Position numbers and translations under genes: made by a program. Positions 59,861 through 64,000 of a stretch of 64,000 nucleotides of DNA are shown one piece after another; positions within the stretch are counted from its first letter, which is position 1; every line of letters begins with the position of its first letter. Below the pieces are notes generated by a model. The model was not told where the DNA came from. It did not search any database and was given only the letters and a program-made list of their open reading frames with translations. This DNA is from Bacteroidia bacterium (GTDB lineage: Bacteria > Bacteroidota > Bacteroidia > UKL13-3): assembly GCA_044337585.1 (NCBI GenBank), contig JBIINH010000001.1, positions 9,087-73,086 on the forward strand, written 5' to 3'.

Positions 59861-60915
59861 AAGTATTGCATATCATAAATAACCTTGAAGGGGGTGGTGC
59901 TGAAAAATTGCTGACAGATTTATTACCGCTTTTCAAAAAGAAAGGGGTAGAAATAGCTTTGTTAACCATTACAAAAAGTAATTCTAAAACAACTTATGAA
60001 TCACAATTATTAAAGGAGCAAATACCGGTTTATAAGTTGGAAGTAGATAGAAGAAATTACTTTGTAATGCTCCTGAAAACATTTATATTTCTTTATAAAA
60101 AAAGGTTTGATATAGTACATACTCACCTGTTTCCGGTTATTTATATTGCAGCCATATGTAAAGTATTTCTTGGTTTCAAGTTGGTTATGACTGAACATGG
60201 TGTTTTCAATAAAAGAAAGAACATTTTTTTTCTACGGTTAACAGACAGATGGGTGTATAATAGTATGCATAAGATAATTGGAATATCAGATGAAGTGATT
60301 GATAGCTTGATTAAACAACATTGCAATCCGAGTAGCTTGATAAAAATACACAATGGAATTATACTTGATAAATATTTAATCAGACCAAAAGAATTTTTTA
60401 ATTACAAAATTGGGATGGCAGGAAGGCTTGAATTTCCCAAAGATCAAGAAACAATTATAAAGGCATTGAAATACTTGCCCAAACACATTCAACTTTATCT
60501 TGCAGGGAGTGGTAGTATGCATGCAAAATTAAATCAAATTGCCATTAGTAATGAAGTTGCTGATAGGGTTCATTTTCTTGGATTTATAAATGATATGCCA
60601 CATTTCTTTGAAAGCATTGATATCCATATTTTTTCTTCAAAAAATGAAGGTTTTGGCTTGGCTGTTGCCGAAAGTATGGCTATGGGAATTCCAACAATTG
60701 TTTCAAATATTCCAGCTTTAAAAGAAGTTGTGGGGGATTCAAGCCTTATCTTTGAAACCGGAAATGATTTGCATCTTGCCAAAATAATTCATGAATTGTA
60801 TTTGGATAAATCCAAATACAAGGAAATAAGTACTAAATCCATACTACAGGCAAAGCAATTTGATATAACAAAAACGGCTGATTCTTATTTTAATACATAC
60901 CAATCATTAATGTAA
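59857..60915 (+). CDS. glycosyltransferase family 4
   Basis: GT-B fold with E...E motif (SKNEGFGLAVAESM). Confidence 0.75.
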   Translation: MKVLHIINNLEGGGAEKLLTDLLPLFKKKGVEIALLTITKSNSKTTYESQLLKEQIPVYKLEVDRRNYFVMLLKTFIFLYKKRFDIVHTHLFPVIYIAAICKVFLGFKLVMTEHGVFNKRKNIFFLRLTDRWVYNSMHKIIGISDEVIDSLIKQHCNPSSLIKIHNGIILDKYLIRPKEFFNYKIGMAGRLEFPKDQETIIKALKYLPKHIQLYLAGSGSMHAKLNQIAISNEVADRVHFLGFINDMPHFFESIDIHIFSSKNEGFGLAVAESMAMGIPTIVSNIPALKEVVGDSSLIFETGNDLHLAKIIHELYLDKSKYKEISTKSILQAKQFDITKTADSYFNTYQSLM

Positions 60916-60921
60916 AAAAAC

Positions 60922-63900
60922 TTGATTCACCAAACCAAAATAGCGTTTGTTTCCAACTCATCATATAGCATGTATTATTTCCGTAAAGGAGTGCTAATTG
61001 ACATGATTGCTAATGGGCACGAAGTGCATCTTATCACTCCTTACGATTTTAAAACCCAGGATCTAATTGATATGGGGTGTATTCACCACGCAGTTAATTT
61101 CTCTACAAAATCATTAAATCCACTAGCAGATCTGACTTTGTTTTTTAAGCTGTTAAGCACATACAAAAGAATAAGGCCTGATATGATATTTCATTACACC
61201 ATTAAGCCAAATATTTATGGTACGGTGGCCGCAAAAATGTTATTTATTAAGTCTATTGCAATTGTTACGGGTTTGGGCTATGCCTTCATCAACAATACAT
61301 GGATTAATCGTTTGGTACAGATGATGTATAAACTAGCGCTTGGTATGGCTCACCAAGTGTGGTTTTTAAATGATACCGATATCAATCACTTTATTGACAA
61401 TAAAATTGTTCGTAAATCATCTACATTCCATTTGCCAGGAGAAGGTGTAAATACAGAGGAGTATAGATTAAGTATTATGCCTCAAAAAAAAGTATTTACC
61501 TTTTTGCTTATTGCTCGAATGTTAAAGGATAAAGGTGTGTATGAATATGTGCAAGCAGCTGAACAAATTAAACTGCAATATCCAAACTGTAGGTTTCAAT
61601 TATTAGGTCCTACAGATAGTGATAATCCCTCTGCCATTTCATTTGCTCAAATAAACAATTGGAGTAATAGCGGTGTGGTTGAATATTTAGGAACTGCAAA
61701 TGATGTGAGGCCATTTATTGAAAAAGCAGATTGTATAGTATTGCCCTCATATCGTGAAGGTATTTCAAAGGTATTGATGGAAGCGGCTAGTATGGGAAGG
61801 CCATTAATTGCATCTAATGTGCCCGGTTGTATAGAGTTGATTGATGAAGAAAAAAATGGTTTTATAGTTGAAGCAAGGAGTGCAAAAAGTCTTGAGGATG
61901 GTATGTTGCGGATGATGCAAGTGCCGTATGACGTACGATTGAGAATGGGATTATATAGCCGAGAAAAAATACGCAATGAGTTTGATGAAAAAATCATTGT
62001 TGATATTTACAACAAGGTAATTCGCCAAAATATAGATGGAAGGAATGTTGTGGCTTATGTAGTGAATACGGACTGGTTTTTTATTTCACATCGTTTGCCA
62101 CTTGCGATAGAAGCTAAACAAATAGGGTTCAATCCTGTAGTTATTTCAACAGATACTGGAAAAGCAGATGAGATTAGAAAATATGGTATCACATTCATTG
62201 ATTTAAACTTGACCCGAAGCGGGATTAATCCCATTACGGAGTTTAAAGTGGTGTGGAGATTACTGATAATTTATTTAAAGTATAAGCCAGTTATAGTACA
62301 TCATGTAACTATTAAACCTGTGCTTTACGGAACACTTGCTGCAAGTCTTAGCTTCTACAAGATTCGAGTTGTCAATGCAATTAGTGGGCTTGGTTATGCT
62401 TTTATCAATACATATAAAACACTTTCATTTTGGGCCATTCGTTTTTTAATGAGGGTTTTATTCAAATCCAAGCAAGTGAACTATATATTTCAAAATCCTG
62501 ACGACTTGGCATTTTACGAAAAACTTGGATACCTCTCTGCCTCAAACTATACATTGATAAGGGGTGCGGGCATTGATATAGAGAAATGGAAGTTCTCTAA
62601 ACCAAACCCCAAGCCCAAAATTAGGGTTGTTTTTTCAGGTAGGATGCTTCAAGATAAAGGAATTATGGAGTTTATTAATGCAGCTACACTGCTGTATGAT
62701 AAATGGAAAGACAAAGCTGAATTTGTTATGGTTGGCGGCACTGATATAGGTAATCCAAAATCATTGAATGAAACAGACATTGCAAAATACTTAATTCCCG
62801 ATTACTTAATTTGGGAGGGCCACCAAGAGGACATGCTTACACAATGTGAGTTAGCCGATATTTTTTGTTTGCCATCATACAGAGAAGGATTACCCAAATC
62901 AATATTAGAAGCAATGTCGGTTGGTAGGCCTATCGTAACCACCGATGTGCCAGGCTGTAGGGAATGTGTTGATCAAAATATAAACGGCTTTTTGGTGCCA
63001 GTTAAAAATAGCGTGGCTTTAGCAGATGCAATCGACAACTTACTTTTTGATGAGCCACTCAGGTTACGGATGGGAGAAGCCTCCCGCAGAAAAGCGGAAA
63101 AAGAATTTTCACTTGAAACTGTTAAGCATCAGACATTCGAGTTCTATCAGAAGATTTTGAAACGAGACATCCTAAAAAAAGCCGTATCTCCAAAAATAAC
63201 AGTGATTACAGCTGTCTACAACAATAAGCGATTTATTAAGGATGCCATCGAGTCTGTTTTAAGTCAAACGTATGGCAATATTGAATATATCATAATTGAT
63301 GGTGGCTCTACAGACGGCAGTATTGAAATCATTAACCAATATGCAGATCGAATCAATTTAATTGTGTCAGAACCTGATAAAGGCTTATATGATGCACTAA
63401 ACAAAGGTATTTCAGTTGCAACAGGAGATGTTATCGGCATTATGCATTCCGATGATTTTTATGCCCACAGAAACGTACTAAGCAAAGTAGCTCGAAAATT
63501 TGCCACTAATACCGAGGCCGTATTCGGGGATTTAGATTATGTAAGCAATCACGATTCGCAAAAGATTATTAGAAAATGGCGCACCCAAAAATACTCAAAA
63601 ACCAAATTTAAGTCCGGGTGGATGCCTCCACATCCTACCGTGTTTATTCGTAAAGCCATATTAGTGAAATTTGGGGCCTACAATACGTCCCTTCGTTCTT
63701 CAGCAGATTACGAATTGTTGCTTAGGTTATTTTACCTACACCATATAAACGTTAATTTCTTGAAGGATGTATTGGTAAAAATGAGAATTGGCGGGCAAAG
63801 TAACCGAACTTTGGGAAATAGAATTCGCGCACATATTGAAGATTACAAAGCATGGAAAACAGCGGGATTAAAACCAGCACTGTACACTATGTGGTTCAAA

Positions 63901-63933
63901 CTTTTACGAAAACTGCCTCAATATCGTTTCTAG
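60922..63933 (+). CDS. tri-domain glycosyltransferase (GT4-GT4-GT2 fusion, 1003 aa)
   Basis: Two internally similar GT4 modules (IKPNIYGTVAAKMLFIKSIAIVTGLGYAFIN vs IKPVLYGTLAASLSFYKIRVVNAISGLGYAFIN, each ending in SYREG..K..LEAM) followed by a GT2 domain (ITVITAVYN...IIIDGGSTD). Non-ATG (TTG) start per the track. Confidence 0.75.
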   Translation: MIHQTKIAFVSNSSYSMYYFRKGVLIDMIANGHEVHLITPYDFKTQDLIDMGCIHHAVNFSTKSLNPLADLTLFFKLLSTYKRIRPDMIFHYTIKPNIYGTVAAKMLFIKSIAIVTGLGYAFINNTWINRLVQMMYKLALGMAHQVWFLNDTDINHFIDNKIVRKSSTFHLPGEGVNTEEYRLSIMPQKKVFTFLLIARMLKDKGVYEYVQAAEQIKLQYPNCRFQLLGPTDSDNPSAISFAQINNWSNSGVVEYLGTANDVRPFIEKADCIVLPSYREGISKVLMEAASMGRPLIASNVPGCIELIDEEKNGFIVEARSAKSLEDGMLRMMQVPYDVRLRMGLYSREKIRNEFDEKIIVDIYNKVIRQNIDGRNVVAYVVNTDWFFISHRLPLAIEAKQIGFNPVVISTDTGKADEIRKYGITFIDLNLTRSGINPITEFKVVWRLLIIYLKYKPVIVHHVTIKPVLYGTLAASLSFYKIRVVNAISGLGYAFINTYKTLSFWAIRFLMRVLFKSKQVNYIFQNPDDLAFYEKLGYLSASNYTLIRGAGIDIEKWKFSKPNPKPKIRVVFSGRMLQDKGIMEFINAATLLYDKWKDKAEFVMVGGTDIGNPKSLNETDIAKYLIPDYLIWEGHQEDMLTQCELADIFCLPSYREGLPKSILEAMSVGRPIVTTDVPGCRECVDQNINGFLVPVKNSVALADAIDNLLFDEPLRLRMGEASRRKAEKEFSLETVKHQTFEFYQKILKRDILKKAVSPKITVITAVYNNKRFIKDAIESVLSQTYGNIEYIIIDGGSTDGSIEIINQYADRINLIVSEPDKGLYDALNKGISVATGDVIGIMHSDDFYAHRNVLSKVARKFATNTEAVFGDLDYVSNHDSQKIIRKWRTQKYSKTKFKSGWMPPHPTVFIRKAILVKFGAYNTSLRSSADYELLLRLFYLHHINVNFLKDVLVKMRIGGQSNRTLGNRIRAHIEDYKAWKTAGLKPALYTMWFKLLRKLPQYRF

Positions 63934-64000
63934 TAAAAAAATCTTTACTTAAGTTAGAATAAATTAGGGGTTTTGTTCGTTGTATTATGATAAATTTGAG

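Noticed and set aside
1-64000. CRISPR arrays, transposases, integrases, prophage genes
   Set aside because: No regularly spaced direct repeats or recognisable mobile-element proteins were seen anywhere in the window.

Overview
This is a 64-kb chromosomal segment that looks Bacteroidota-like (Sphingobacteriia/Chitinophagia-type). The lineage call rests on a Kelch protein with a T9SS C-terminal sorting domain, a CarboxypepD_reg TonB-dependent receptor, DUF3822-rsmD-coaD synteny, a SPOR/HU-CCDC81 protein, a multi-SLBB Wza, and the absence of a strong Shine-Dalgarno sequence. The window divides into four parts. (1) 1-14 kb holds housekeeping and DNA-repair genes. A ligase-associated DNA-damage-response (LADDR) operon encodes exonuclease, ATP-dependent ligase and Lhr-like DEXH helicase, but carries an inserted XRE-HTH and DUF308 membrane gene pair and has no PdeM. 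An AlkD-like gene, YggS and MutS2 follow. (2) 17.8-23.7 kb is a co-directional minus-strand light-harvesting island. It contains a DTE-motif, green-tuned (Met105) proteorhodopsin-type proton pump, an intrinsic terminator, and immediately downstream a single 668-aa ORF that fuses a CrtY-type lycopene cyclase domain to a Brp/Blh beta-carotene 15,15'-dioxygenase domain. Upstream lie an uncharacterised 8-TM membrane protein, a CrtA-like (carotenoid oxygenase-like) protein and a zinc-ribbon SAM methyltransferase. (3) 24-43 kb is housekeeping: TlpA/thioredoxins, upp, a beta-CASP RNase, tRNA-Arg(CCG), gatB, a two-component system, miaA, a TPR/OMP pair and a TonB receptor. (4) 43.6-64 kb is one long plus-strand polysaccharide (O-antigen/capsule-type) operon. 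It comprises Wza, two tandem FdtA-like cupins, a WbpD-like acetyltransferase, a UDP-sugar dehydrogenase, two DegT aminotransferases, Wzz, a Gfo/Idh/MocA oxidoreductase, a 4-epimerase, Wzx, Wzy/EpsG and five glycosyltransferase genes. The last of these is a 1003-aa GT4-GT4-GT2 fusion. Adjacent genes in this operon are chained by ATGA stop/start overlaps. No CRISPR array, transposase or integrase was seen. The most novel-looking signals are the CrtY-Blh fusion and opsin module, its neighbouring unknown membrane protein, and the remodelled LADDR operon.
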